DNA of 64,000 bases from Squalus acanthias. Lineage: Eukaryota. The stretch covers positions 44,332,001 to 44,396,000 of the forward strand of contig CM059432.1 in NCBI GenBank assembly GCA_030390025.1, in the 5' to 3' direction. Shown here piece after piece: positions 38,046 to 49,535 of the stretch (position 1 is its first letter; every line of letters starts with the position of its first letter). The notes beneath the pieces are model-generated. The model was given only the letters and a program-made list of their open reading frames with translations, made no database searches and was not told the origin of the DNA. A program made the translations under genes and the position numbers.

Positions 38046-40227
38046 GGGGGTGAAATTCAATAGCGCATAAAAACGGGCGTGTGATATGCCCGCGCCTGTT
38101 GAAAGATCCTCAGGCAGCACTTCAAATTCATGCTACCTGCTAATTATAATGATTGTAGCGTACAGCCCAGTGCTGAACATGCTGCTAACAGGCTGTGAGC
38201 TCAGCAAGAGGCCCAAGTTCTCGATGTTCGCGCAAGGTTAGCTTTACGCCTCACATGAACATCGAAAACTTGGGCCCTCTGCTGAGCGCTCAGCCTGTTA
38301 GCAGCATGTTCAGTGCTGGGCTGTACGCTACAATCATTATAATTAGCAGGTAGCACAAATTTACTAAATTTACTAGCCTGCGCATCTTAAAGGCAGATTG
38401 CACCCCTTAAAGGCAAGCTGCCTTCTGCTGATCAAAAATGCTAAAAGTGCTTCAGCACTAACCTAAATGGTGCAACAGGCCAGGGAAGGGGCAGCCATGG
38501 TCTGGGACACAGCACTCAAGCTTTGTTCCGGGGGTGAACACTGGAATAGAGGTCCTCTATCCACAGGAGGCCCTCCAGAAAGAAGGATGTGGGACCAGAT
38601 CGCTGAGCCGGTCACTGCCAGCAGTGTCACCCCCAGGACCAGGCTCCAGTGCCTAAAGAAGCTTCATGACCTCAGACCATTGGTCAAGGTCAGTGAATGC
38701 ATCATCAAAAGGCATCTCCTACCAACTGCACCACTAGCCTCACACACTTCCCAATGCACAACCCCCAATCACTCACCCAACAGCAATCTCCACCAAACAC
38801 AAGGCACACCTCACATTCCTAGCTTCACCTTGCCCCCTTGGAGGAGACGGTGCTGGCCATTTTTGGCAGGGGCATGGCTGAGCCCTTGGCCAGCGGCGGG
38901 GCTCAAAGAATACAAGATGCCAGTATTCTCATACGTTATCCTCTTTCTCACATCCCACTTCCCCTTCATCCCACAATATCTTCTGATTTACAAGCTGCAC
39001 ATGGTGTAGGCATGCACCTCTTGCTTTACCCCCCTGCCCTCATCACAACCCTACCCTTGTGCCTTCCTCATTTGAGACACACAAGAAATCCAGCCAGTGG
39101 TTGACCAAGAAGAGGGAAAGGAGAGTGAAGAAGAAGAAGAAGAAACACTGTCACTTGATTTCACACTCCCAGCCACCAGCTCCTCAGGGTCATCCTGCAA
39201 GGCCATCTGCAGTGTCCCCCACTGAAAGTCAGCAGCTTTCCACCAGCCATGCTGCAGCCACTGGGGTAGCACTGCATAAGAGCGCTAGGATAGGCAAAGG
39301 CACACACAAGACACTCACTAAGGGAATGCATAAGGTTGATGAATTGATTTTTTGATGTCATATTGAATGCATATATGGATAAAGTTGGATTGGAAAGTTT
39401 GCTTGGTGGTGGTTTTTATTTCAGCATTGTGGCCGCATGATGGTCAGTAACAGAGGGAAGGGAAGGTGTGGGACAAATGTTGAAAGGGGAATTGGTGTTG
39501 TGTTCACTGGCACCGCAGGTGGATGATTCAATCCCGGATATCCCGGCCAGAAAGGGACTGTCTGGGTTGCCTCCTTCCTTCTGCTTCCTTCTCTTCTGCT
39601 TCCTCCTCCTCTTCCTCCTCCTCCTCCCTCTGCAAGCTGCTTGTCCCCTTTGCTGCCTCTGCTCCATCTCCATGTCATGCTGCAGCCCAAAGGGACTGCA
39701 ACTAGAGCCCCCAGGACTGGAAGCAAGTGATGTTCTCAGAGGCCTTCCTTTAAGAGCCAAAGCCTTGCAAACATCCAGCAGCACTCCCTGCACTCCCATC
39801 ACACTTTAACAACTTTTTAAATGTCTTACACCAAGCCACTACTCCAATTAAATGTAAAGAAACCTGTACAAAAGCAAAAATCTAAACTTAACTGAAAGTT
39901 GCGTGTGTCCCTTTAAGAAGCGCTGGTAGGGGGTCCATCGAACAGCTGAACACATGTTCAGCTGTGTGTGCTTTGGAGAGGGTGTTAAAAGGAGTGGCGA
40001 TGTCCAAAATAGCAGGTCATGCATCAATTCAGCGTTGCACACTGATTGACATCACGATCTGACTAATGACCATATTTGCAGTGAGCGCAGGCAACGGCAG
40101 CGCTGCCGGCCTGCCAAAATGACGACCACCGCGTTCCACATTGGAAGTAGGCGGAAGCGAAGCGGCCACCATTTTTTCACCAAAACCAGCCTTATCAGCC
40201 GGTGCTAATGCTACGAATTTCACAGCC
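38046..40227. mobile_element. Internally deleted Harbinger element
   Basis: TIRs GGGGGTGAAATTC / GAATTTCACAGCC (11/13); TSD AGA (38043-45, 40228-30); Myb remnant (MWDQIAE..RTRLQCLKKLHDL) on +, fused transposase ends on -. Confidence 0.87.
38124..38361. repeat. Inverted repeat of about 100 bp with a 27-bp spacer
   Basis: Arms 38124-38229 and 38257-38361 are reverse complements with a few mismatches. Confidence 0.9.
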
Positions 40228-40509
40228 AGAACCTATTTGGATAGAATTAAGGAACAGTAGAGGAGCTATTACGCTGCTGGGTGTATATTATAGGCCGCCA
40301 AATAGTGGGAAGGAGATAGAGGAGCAAATTTTCAGGGATATTGCAGAAGATGCAAAAACTTTGGAGTAGTGATAATGGGGGATTTCAATTTTCCTAATAT
40401 AGACTGGAAAAATAACAGTGTAAAGGGCAAAGAGGGGAAGGAATTCCGTAAAATATATATAAGAGAACGTTCTTGATCAGTATGTTTCCAGCCCAATGAG
40501 AAAGGAGTC

Positions 40510-41887
40510 TCCTCTACATTGGGAGGACCAAACGCAGATTGGGTGACCGCTTTGCGGAACACCTCCGTTCAGTCTGTAAGTGTGACCCAGAGCTTCCGGT
40601 CACCTGTCACTTTAATTCCCTGCTCCACTCCCACTCTGACCACTCCATCCTCGGCCTCTTACACTGTTCCAACAAAGCTCAACCTAAGCTCGAGGAACAG
40701 CACCTCATCTTTCGATTAGGCACTTTACAGCCTTCTGGACTCAACATCGAGTTCAACAATTTCAGACCATAACCTCTGCCCCTATCATTTTTTCATTTTT
40801 TTTTCTCTCTCTCACATGGCAGCTGTTGATCATTCTGCCATTGCCATTTACACCTCATCTAGAGTCATCTTTTGTTTCTTAACTTGTCCCATTACCATCT
40901 CCTTTTGCCTTGCACCATCATCCCTTTTGTCTCTTAGGGGGAAAAATTTGGTTGGTTTGCGCCTCCCGTTAGCGCCTTAAGAGGGCTCCGGTAGCGCCCC
41001 GGACCAGATATTGAGTGGCGCCCCCTGCCTTACCACCTGCCGCTAGCAACGACAGGTTGAGGAGAGCGTTGTGCAGTTGGGAAGGGACTGGGGGAGCGCT
41101 ATTTAAAGGCGACCGGTTCCTGCCTTTTTGTTTGGCGACATTTTTGCACCATGCATTCTGAGTGAGAGAGAGAGACTTATGGAGATATTCAAAGCTGTGT
41201 TGAGGAGTTTTGGGTACTGAGCAGCACTTTGCAGGTTCATTTTGATTTGATCTTCCTTGCATCAATTTAGAAGAGACTATGAGGGCTGCACTATGACATC
41301 TTTCCCTGGGCCTCTCCATTGTTCTTTCCAGTAGATTTGATGTACAGATCTCTCCAGGCCGAGATTCAAGGCTGCAATGAGCAGGATGTGGATGGAGAGC
41401 AAGATCGACCCTCCCCTTTAAGAACTGGTTGGCGCCATTGTGTCTGTGTTCCATTGCTGACTGACATCACATGAGCTTCGCCAGCGCTCTGAGGTAGCGC
41501 CTCGCTGCTCAGCGTTAGCGCCTTAAGGGAGGCGTGTAGCGTCTGATTTAGCGCTCCAATCACCTCCAGGGGCGATAGAAGCCAAGTTTGCAGTCAGAGG
41601 CGATAAGTAGCGCCAGGCGCTAAACTTTGCACCCAGATGATAATTGCACCCCAAACGGGGCAATACCGAACTTCTCCCCCTTAATCTCTCCTGCCTTCCA
41701 TCCTATCACAGACCTTCTCTTTTGTTCTTTCCTCCCCTCCCCCCTTTCCCTGCCCGTACACTTGCTTAAAAACCAACTTTTTCCAGTTCTGACAAAGGGT
41801 CATCGACCTGAAACGTTAACTCTGTTTCTCTCTCCACAGATGTTGCCTGACCTGCTGAGTATTTCCAGCATTTTCTGTTTTTATTTT
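40510..41887 (+). mobile_element. 5'-truncated Penelope-like element (GIY-YIG end + pseudo-LTR) interrupted by a MITE
   Basis: LYIG..KRRLGDRFAEH..PVTCHFN..EQHLIFRLGTLQPSGLN; AGAAAGGA duplicated at 40499-40506 and 41888-41895; decayed hammerhead at 41785-41821. Confidence 0.88.
40937..41680. mobile_element. Harbinger-derived MITE
   Basis: TIRs GGGGGAAAAATTTGGT / ACCGAACTTCTCCCCC (13/16); TTA TSD; inverted homologue at 55442-56332. Confidence 0.9.
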
Positions 41888-42280
41888 AGAAAGGAATCAA
41901 TGTTGGATCTAGTTCTGGGGAATGAAGTGTGGCAAGTGAAGAATGTTTCAGTGGGAGAGCATTTGGGAAACAGTGATCACATTATCATTAGGTTTAAAGT
42001 AGTTATGGATAAGGACAAGGAAAAATCAAATGTGAAAATATTCCATTGGAGGAGGGCTAATTTCAGTGAGTTGAAAAGGGATCTTGTCCAGGCGGCTGGA
42101 ATCAAAGATGGTCACCAAGAAATCAAATAGGGAATTCAGAAGAAACTTCTTTACCCAGAGAGTGGTGAGAATGTGGAACTCGCTACCACAGGCAGTAGTT
42201 AAGGCAAATATTACAGATGCATTTAAGGGGAAGCTAGATAAGCATATAATGGAGAAGGGAATAGAGGGGTTATGCTGGTA

Positions 42281-42705
42281 GAAAGAAAGACTTGCATTTA
42301 TATAGTGCCTTTCACAACCACCAGACGTTCCAAAGTGCTTTACAGCCAATGAAGCACTTTTGAACTGTAGTCAATATTGCAATGTAGGAAACGTAGCAGC
42401 TAATTTGTGCACAGCAAGCTCCCACAAACAGCAATGTGATAGTGAGCGATTAATCTGTTTTTGTTCTGTTGACTGAGGAATAAATATTGGCCAGGACACC
42501 GAGGATAACTCCCCTGCCCTTCTTCGAAATAGTGCCAGGGGATCTTTTGCGTCCACCTGAGAGAGCAGACAGGGCCTCAGTTTAATGTCTCATCCAAAAG
42601 ACGGCATCTCCAACAGTGTAGCACTCCCTCAGTACTACTCTGAAGTGTAAGCCTAGATTTTGTGCTCAAGTCTCTGGAGTGAGACTTGACACCCACAACC
42701 TTCTT

Positions 42706-42739
<34 letters not shown>

Positions 42740-42742
42740 GCT
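42281..42742 (-). mobile_element. DeuSINE (SacSINE1-like), second copy
   Basis: Colinear with 32365-32815; (CTTT)n tail; sits in the CR1 3' end. Confidence 0.87.
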
Positions 42743-43719
42743 GATGAGCTAGATAAGGAAGGATGGGAGGAGGCTCAAATGGAGCATAAACACCGGCATG
42801 GACTGGTTGGGCTGAATGGCCTGTTTCTGTGCTGTATATTCTATGTAATTCTATGTAAACTGTCTCAATATATCTACCCATCAATCCACACTGTCTCATT
42901 ACAAAATAATGATAGCATCAGTTTATATATTTAATATTTTTCTTATCAGTATCTATTGTGTCAGTATTTATATACCCAATAAAATAGAACACTTCCTTAT
43001 TCTTCCCCTTCCAAATCTGAATGGCCATTTCTATTAAAAGTATGCTCCTCAACATTTCATGTGTACCGGATAGCTGATGATTTAAACGGTGATAATGATT
43101 TTTTTTCCCAGCTAGCCATCTGACTAGATAACACAGGAGTGATAAAATCATGTATCTCCTCATTGCTTAAAAACATCATGCAGGTGATATCAGCTGTACA
43201 ATAGGAATAGAAGCAATTTCACCATATTAAACAATTTCTCTTCTATATATTTGTAGTTACAATTTCACATCACACAGAGGCAGATTAGTGTACAACACAT
43301 TCCAGTAATGTGATGTTGCCATGGCATGTAAATTCCTAGAGATTTCTTGAGATGACCTATCACATTAAAGAGCCCCTTTCATTGTACAATCTATTCCCAT
43401 TATAATACGCATTAGATGATATGATGAACAGGTTCACACAACAAAAGGGGTTTAAGATTTTAATTGATTGTTAATTATAGCTTTCAGAGACAGTGTAAAG
43501 GGTAACCCATTACCATGTTATGCATTGTGTCCTTATAAGTGCTTCATTATTTTGTGTTGTCTCAGTAACTTTAAAACACTGTGGCAAAATTGCTTAGCTG
43601 AAATAAATTTATTCCTGAAATAAACTAGTTTTTTTTCCAACATGATTTGTCACAATTACTAAATTGATTTCAAAATCTGGAAGGCAAGTTAATCTTCACT
43701 TGACTTGCATCACATATAT

Positions 43720-44434
43720 GGGCCAGAAATTCGGGTCTCCACGGGTGAGTACGCGCTGGGTACTCACCCGTAGACCCAACGAAAGTGCCGGTTTCGTGCA
43801 TGCACTGCGCATGCGCTGGAAACCGGAACTTCCGTTCCCCTGAAGGAAGGGGTTCAGAGGTCGAACGCGTGCGCCGGAGAGGCAGCGCGCACACAGTGAA
43901 CTTCATTTTTTTTTCAGGTTTCTCCGTGAGGGTAAGTATGGAGAAGCTGCGCGGGGAAAAAGGAGGCGCAAGGCCTGCTTTTAACAAGGTAAGTGGTGAA
44001 TTAAGTACAATTTAAACATTTTTTCAACAGGTTTATCTTTTTTACATACTTTAAAGAAAGGTAGTTTATTTTTAGCACCGTTAAAAAGTGTAATTAATTT
44101 TTTCAAAAATTTTAATTTTTGTTTAAAGTAGTTAATTTATGTAATTTATAGTTATTTTATTTAATTTATTTGAAGTTTTAGTGAGGTTTTGGGGCCGATC
44201 TCTATTCATAGATTTGACAGGTCTTCCTGTCAAAATCTATGAATGAAGATTCCCTGCTCCGATTGGCTCTCCATGGCCCACGTGATTCCAGGGGATGCTT
44301 CGAACTAACTGCGCCCCTGGGATACATAAGCACTGCGTGCCGGCAGCTGCAGGAGGCCCAGGAGCCAAATTCCACGCAGGCCCGAAGCACAACGGCAGGC
44401 ACGGTATGTAAGTACGCGTGCAAATTTCTGGCCC
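43720..44434. mobile_element. Harbinger-like MITE, relatively young
   Basis: Perfect 12-bp TIR GGGCCAGAAATT; TSD TAT (43717-19, 44435-37); CpG-rich ends, AT-rich centre. Confidence 0.88.
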
Positions 44435-44499
44435 TATAATAATCTGCAATAAATGGCTGGAAAATTTGAATACATGCATGGAAATTACAAAACAATAAC

Positions 44500-46370
44500 A
44501 GATCATTTGGCCCAACCAGTCCATGTCGGAGTTTACCCTCCATGTGAGCAAATAGTTCTAAACACATATCACTTCAGCTCTTTTCCCTTCATCCATCTAT
44601 CCAAGTTAATCTTGAATGTTGACATAATTTCTGCATTAACCACTAAAACTAGAAGTGAATTCCACATCCTCACAACTCTCTGTGCAATAAAGCTTCTTCT
44701 ACCCTCTGTTCTAAATCTCTTACATTTCATTTTATATCTATGCCCATCATTTTTGATCCCTCAACTGCTGGAAACAGTCTGCTTCTATCTACCCAGTCCT
44801 ATCCTTTCAGAATTTTAAATACTTCGATCATATTGCCCGTAATCTGCATTATTCTAATGAAAAAAGTCTCAATCTTTCAAGTCTTCCTCTGTATTTGTAT
44901 TTCCTCATACAGGCAACATCCTAGTACCCTCTCCAAAGCCTCAATGTCCTTCCTATAGTGTGGAGCCCAATTCTGCATACAGTACTCTTGTTGACAGTAG
45001 GCTCCCGAGGTATGGAAAGTGGTCCACGTTGTCCAAGGCCTTGTCGTGGATTTTGATAATCGGGGGGCAGTACTGTGTGGCGGGGGCAGGTTGGTAGAGG
45101 ACCTTTGTCTTACGGATGTTTAGTGTAAGGCCCATGCTCTCGTACGCTTCGGTGAAGGTGTTGACGATGGTTTGGAGTTCGACCTTCGAGTGTGCACAGA
45201 CGCAAGCGTCGTCTGCATACTGTAATTCGATGACAGAAGATGGGACGACCTTGGATCTGGACTGGAGGTGACGGAGGTTGAACAGTTTCCCGTTTGTTCT
45301 GTAAATTAGCTCCACTCCTTGAAAAAGTGCAACATCCTCACTGACACCTGGGAATCCCTGGCCCAAGACCGCACAAAGTGGAAGAGAAGCATCCGGGAAG
45401 GCGCCGAACACCTCGAGTCTCTTCGCCGGGAGCAAGCGGAAGCCAAGCGCAAGCAGCGGAAGGAGCGCACGTCAACCCAAGCACTCCACCCACCCGCCCC
45501 TTCAACCACCGTCTGCCCCACCTGTGACAGAGACTGTAGGTCCCGCTTTAGACTCATCAGTCACCTGAGAACTCATTTTTAATGTGGAAGCAAGTCATCC
45601 TCGGTTCCGAGGGACTGCCTAAGAAGAAGACAGTACTCTAACTGAGCTGTTATTCAGGTTTTATACAGGCTCATCATCGTCTTTTGACTTTTGATAAAAC
45701 AACATTCCATCAGCCTGATCAACTTGAAGTGGTGCCCTTAATGTCTTGTGAACCTGTACTCTCAAACAGGTCTGCTCTTCCACAGCACTGAGCTTATTTT
45801 CATTCTGAGTATACATACTGGTCTCATTTTTCAAACCAAAATTTCTGACCTCACACTTACTAATAGTTGATTTCCATCTGCCATGTTTTAGCCCATTCTC
45901 CCATCTTATCAATATCCTTTTGCAGTTCCTTTGGTCCTCTAAGGAATTAAATGTACCACCTATTTTGGTATCATCTGAAAACTTTGACACCATTCCCTCT
46001 AGACCTATATCTATATCATTGATATACACAATGAACTACAGTGGCCCCAGAACTCAGCCCTATGGGACACCACTGCCCACTTCTAACCATTCTGGAAAAA
46101 CTACTCTCAATTCCTACTCTCTGATTTCTCTCTTCTAACCAACTTTAATCCTGTTTGCTATCTTCCCTCTAATTCCATACCCCTTAATCCTCTCTAATGA
46201 TCTCCCATGTGGTATCTTGTCAAAGGCTTTCCTAAAGTCCATGTACATTACATTACTGCATTACCTCCATCTACTGTATTTGTTGCCTCCTCAAAGAATT
46301 CTATGAGGTTTGTCAAGCATAATCGTCCCTTTTAGAAGCCTGTGCTTTGCTACTTCTAATTATTTGCTCT
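44500..46370 (-). mobile_element. Old CR1 fragment interrupted by an RTE
   Basis: YINDID..SKFSDDTKIGG (ORF 45661..46029) and a decayed 3' region 44500-44980. Confidence 0.8.
44989..45629 (+). mobile_element. RTE LINE insertion with a 5' inversion
   Basis: 44989-45318 is the reverse complement of about 8078-8408; 45315-45629 matches about 8864-9180; ACAGTACTCT duplicated at 44979-44988 and 45630-45639. Confidence 0.92.
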
Positions 46371-47010
46371 TTACCAAGTTACAGGGTAATTTCATCATTC
46401 TTTAAAGGTTAGTGCTGGGCGTTGGTTTAGTTTTCCCTTCCTGTCATGTCACTTGTTAGGATGCGTCCGTGGATAGGGGAGGATCAATATCTTCCTGTCA
46501 CATGGTTTGTATCTCAATGGCACACTTGATGATAGTTTTAATTTCTTTTTATTGAGGAACCAAGGTAGAATGTCGATGTCCATAGTGCAAGGCACCATCG
46601 CGATTAAAAAGACTAAAAGAGAAAAGGTAAATCTGGAAGTATTGACCAACAAATATTATTATATTATCAGAATATGGGAATCACGGTGGTACAATTTTGT
46701 AATACACGCTAACAACCAAAATATTGAAACACTGAAATGTAAACCTGAGTGCCAAAACCTAATGGCAGTCGTGGAAAATGCAAAGCCAAAGAACAAACTT
46801 ATTATCAGGAACCTACATAATAAAATTGGTGGCAAAAATAAAACATACAAGCCCATATGATAAAACATGAATAAAAAGCATTTATTTCTAGCAGTCTATA
46901 AATTTATATAGTTTTCATTTACATATATAAACCATGTTATTGGATTTAGGTAGATCAACAAAACAACACATTTTCAAACTGTTTGATAAAAACAATGGCT
47001 TCCAGTCAGA

Positions 47011-48177
47011 CAAATGCAAAATACTGCAGATGCTGGATATCTGAAATAAAAACAGAAAATGCTGGAAATACTCAGCAGGTCAGGCAGCTTCTGTGGAGAG
47101 AGAAACGGAGTTAACATTTTTGGTTGATGACCTTTCGTCAGAACTGGAAAAAGTTAGAGATGTAACAGATTTTAAGCAAGTGCAGGGGCAGGGAAAGGGG
47201 GAGGGAAGGAAAGAACAAAAGGGAAGGTCTGTGATAGGGTGGAAGGCAGGAGAGATTAAATGACAAAAGGTATGACTGTACAAAGCAAAAGGAGATGTTT
47301 CTGGGACAAGTAAAGAAACAATATATGGGTCTAGAAGAGGTGTAAATGGGAATGGCAGAATCATCAACAGCTGCCATCTGAAAAAATAGGGGCAAAGGTT
47401 ATGGTCTGAAATTGTTGAACTCGATATTGAGTCCAGAAGGCTATAAAGTGCCTAATCGAAAGATGAGGTGCTGTTCCTCGAGCTTACGTTAAGCTTCGTT
47501 GGAACAGTGTAAGAGGCCGAGGATGGAGAGGTCTGAGTGGGAGTGGAGTGAGATTTAAAGTGACAGGCAACCGGAAGCTCGGGGTCACGCTTACGGACTG
47601 AATGGAGGTGTTCTGCAAAGCGGTCACCAATCTGCGTTTGGTCTCCCCAATGTACAGGAGACCTCATCATGAGCAGCGAATACAGTATACTAAATTGCAA
47701 GAAGTACAAGTAGATCACTGTTACACCTGGAAGGAGTGTTTGGGGCCCTGGACAGTGGGAAGGGAGGAGGTAAAAGGGCAGGTGTTGCATTTCCTGCGCT
47801 TGTATGGGAAGGTGCCGTGGGAAGGGGAGGGGGTGTTGGGGGTGATTGAGGAGTGGACCAGGGTGTCGCGGAGGGAGCGGTCCCTTCAGAATGCTGAAAG
47901 GGGAGGTGAGGGGAAGATGTGTTTGGTGGTGGGATCACGCTGGAAGTGGCGGAAATGGCGGAGGATGATCCGTTGAATGTGAAGGCTGGTGGGGTGGAAG
48001 GTGAGGACAAAGGAGATACTATCGTGGTTCTGGGAGGGAGGGGAGGGGTGAGAGCAGAAGTGTGGGAAATGGAACAGACACGGTTGAGGGCCATGTCAAC
48101 CACGGTAGAGGGGAATCCTCAGTTGAGGAAAAAGGAAGATATATCGGAAGCACGAGTATGGAAGGTGGCATCGTCAG
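47011..48177 (-). mobile_element. 5'-truncated Penelope-like element (Neptune-like): RT C-terminus, Cys linker, GIY-YIG, pseudo-LTR
   Basis: RKCNTCP and NLVYCIRCS**GLLYIGETKRR on the minus strand; TTCCAGTCAGA duplicated at 47000-47010 and 48178-48188; decayed hammerhead at 47109-47145. Confidence 0.9.
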
Positions 48178-48364
48178 TTCCAGTCAGAGCTGAGGTAAGG
48201 ATTGAATTTAAGAATTTTGATTCTATCAAATATAACAAGTAATTTGAAATACATTTTAAGGTAGAAGAGAATGAACCAATACAAAGAATAAAAATTGTAT
48301 ATAGCAAGATAGAAATAAATCCACTTAGTGATCACTTACATCTATCTACATTATTAAAAATTGT

Positions 48365-48898
48365 GGGGTTGCTTTTACCCCTACCTTCCTGGCGGATGCT
48401 AGGTGGGTGGGGAAGTAAAATTGCCCAAGTTTTATTTATCTGCCCTGAAGCCACTGGGAACTGACCTATCGCAATTTTAACCTGCTCAACTGAACAGGCA
48501 GCAAGGACACCTGCCAAAGCCAATGGGGTCATTTTTTGCATATACATGTCAGATCTCAATGACATCATTGGGATCTGACTGCAAATTTACTCGGTAGCCG
48601 GAGTAGAAAGTGCAGTGAGTTTTCTGCCAGATCAACCCAACAAGCAAATGGATCGAAGCCAGAAGAATCCCACCAGTGCAAGTTTTAAACCAATTTTTTT
48701 ACTTGCCTTGTGGGGCCAGGAATGCTCCTCCAGACCCCAAAACAATAGCTTAGGCCTCCCCTGCTGGAATGGCTGGGAAGTCAGCCTATGGCGTTTAATT
48801 AGACCTGGCCATCAAGGTCAACTGGGTCTCAATCGACTGCAGGTGGGCGGTCAATTAACTCGCCAGCACAGTTTCCCGCTGCCAGATAAAATCTAGGC
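48365..48898. mobile_element. Old Harbinger-like MITE
   Basis: TGT on both flanks; weak TIRs; internal motifs shared with the other MITEs. Confidence 0.45.
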
Positions 48899-49413
48899 TG
48901 TCTCTGTTTGAATGGAGTACGAAGTATCATTGCCTCCCTTCCTTGCCAGCAATCAGAACCATCTGCCTGTCTTTTCACAGTTCTTCTTACAGTAATGCAT
49001 AGGCTTAGGAACTTCATATCTGGCTATTACATTTCTAATGGGTACACTTTGACTAACAATAACAAATATTTGATTCTTGCTGATCAACATGGAAGTAATT
49101 GGTACTTCCTGCATGCACAAAGGGTGACAATGCTATCCTTTAGTACAGTAAACTTCCACTAACAAACGATACACAAAAATATTTATAAAACAAATTAGTA
49201 ATACTAGAACCAATAAATATTGGAATACATTCTTGGCAAGCATTTATAACACCAATAATGGCATCAATATTGTATCACTACTACTTTAAATATATATTAA
49301 ACATTTGACCACAAATTAAGAATACCAATAAAGCCATTTGGGAGCACAATCTGGAGGGAAAGCTTTATCATCTTAACTTAAAAAAGAGGAACATCAGACC
49401 GGCAATACAATAC

Positions 49414-49535
49414 CTGAGTTTAAGATGCTGAAATTGGTATTGTTTGGAGACAGGCTGTTATTTCTCTGAAGCCTTCGATTGGATCGTTTCCCAGACCAGT
49501 TAATTGACAGGACCTCTGGTTTCACTGGACCCTGC
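49414..49535 (-). CDS. NECAB1: NECAB1 internal coding exon, 122 bp: (R)QGPVKPEVLSINWSGKRSNRRLQRNNSLSPNNTNFSILNS(G)
   Basis: Minus-strand acceptor tcttgttatttatAG (49536-37) and donor GTattg (49412-13). Peptide matches my recollection of human NECAB1 RQGPVKPEVLSIQWPGKRSSRRVQRHNSFSPNS. The phase-1 end joins the next exon in frame. Absent from the ORF track. Confidence 0.93.

Larger units (their letters stand above)
37882..42856 (+). mobile_element. CR1 LINE split by nested insertions (pieces 37882-38045, 40228-40509, 41888-42280, 42743-42856)
   Basis: Removing the inserts restores EGSKTEPIWIELRNSRGAITLLGVYYRPPNS and ..RKESMLDLVLGNE..SDH; 3' UTR tail at about 42850. Confidence 0.85.

Noticed and set aside
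40969..41454. 161-aa ORF with a homologue at 55668..55973 as a novel gene family
   Set aside because: The similarity follows from being two copies of one MITE; no recognisable domain and the stop positions differ.
46507..46860. 117-aa ORF in unique AT-rich DNA
   Set aside because: No recognisable motif, non-ATG start, and antisense within an intron.
41785..47145. Functional hammerheads at 41785-41821 and 47109-47145
   Set aside because: Cores are mutated (CTGACAA in one; GAAA and stem II lost in the other), so probably inactive.
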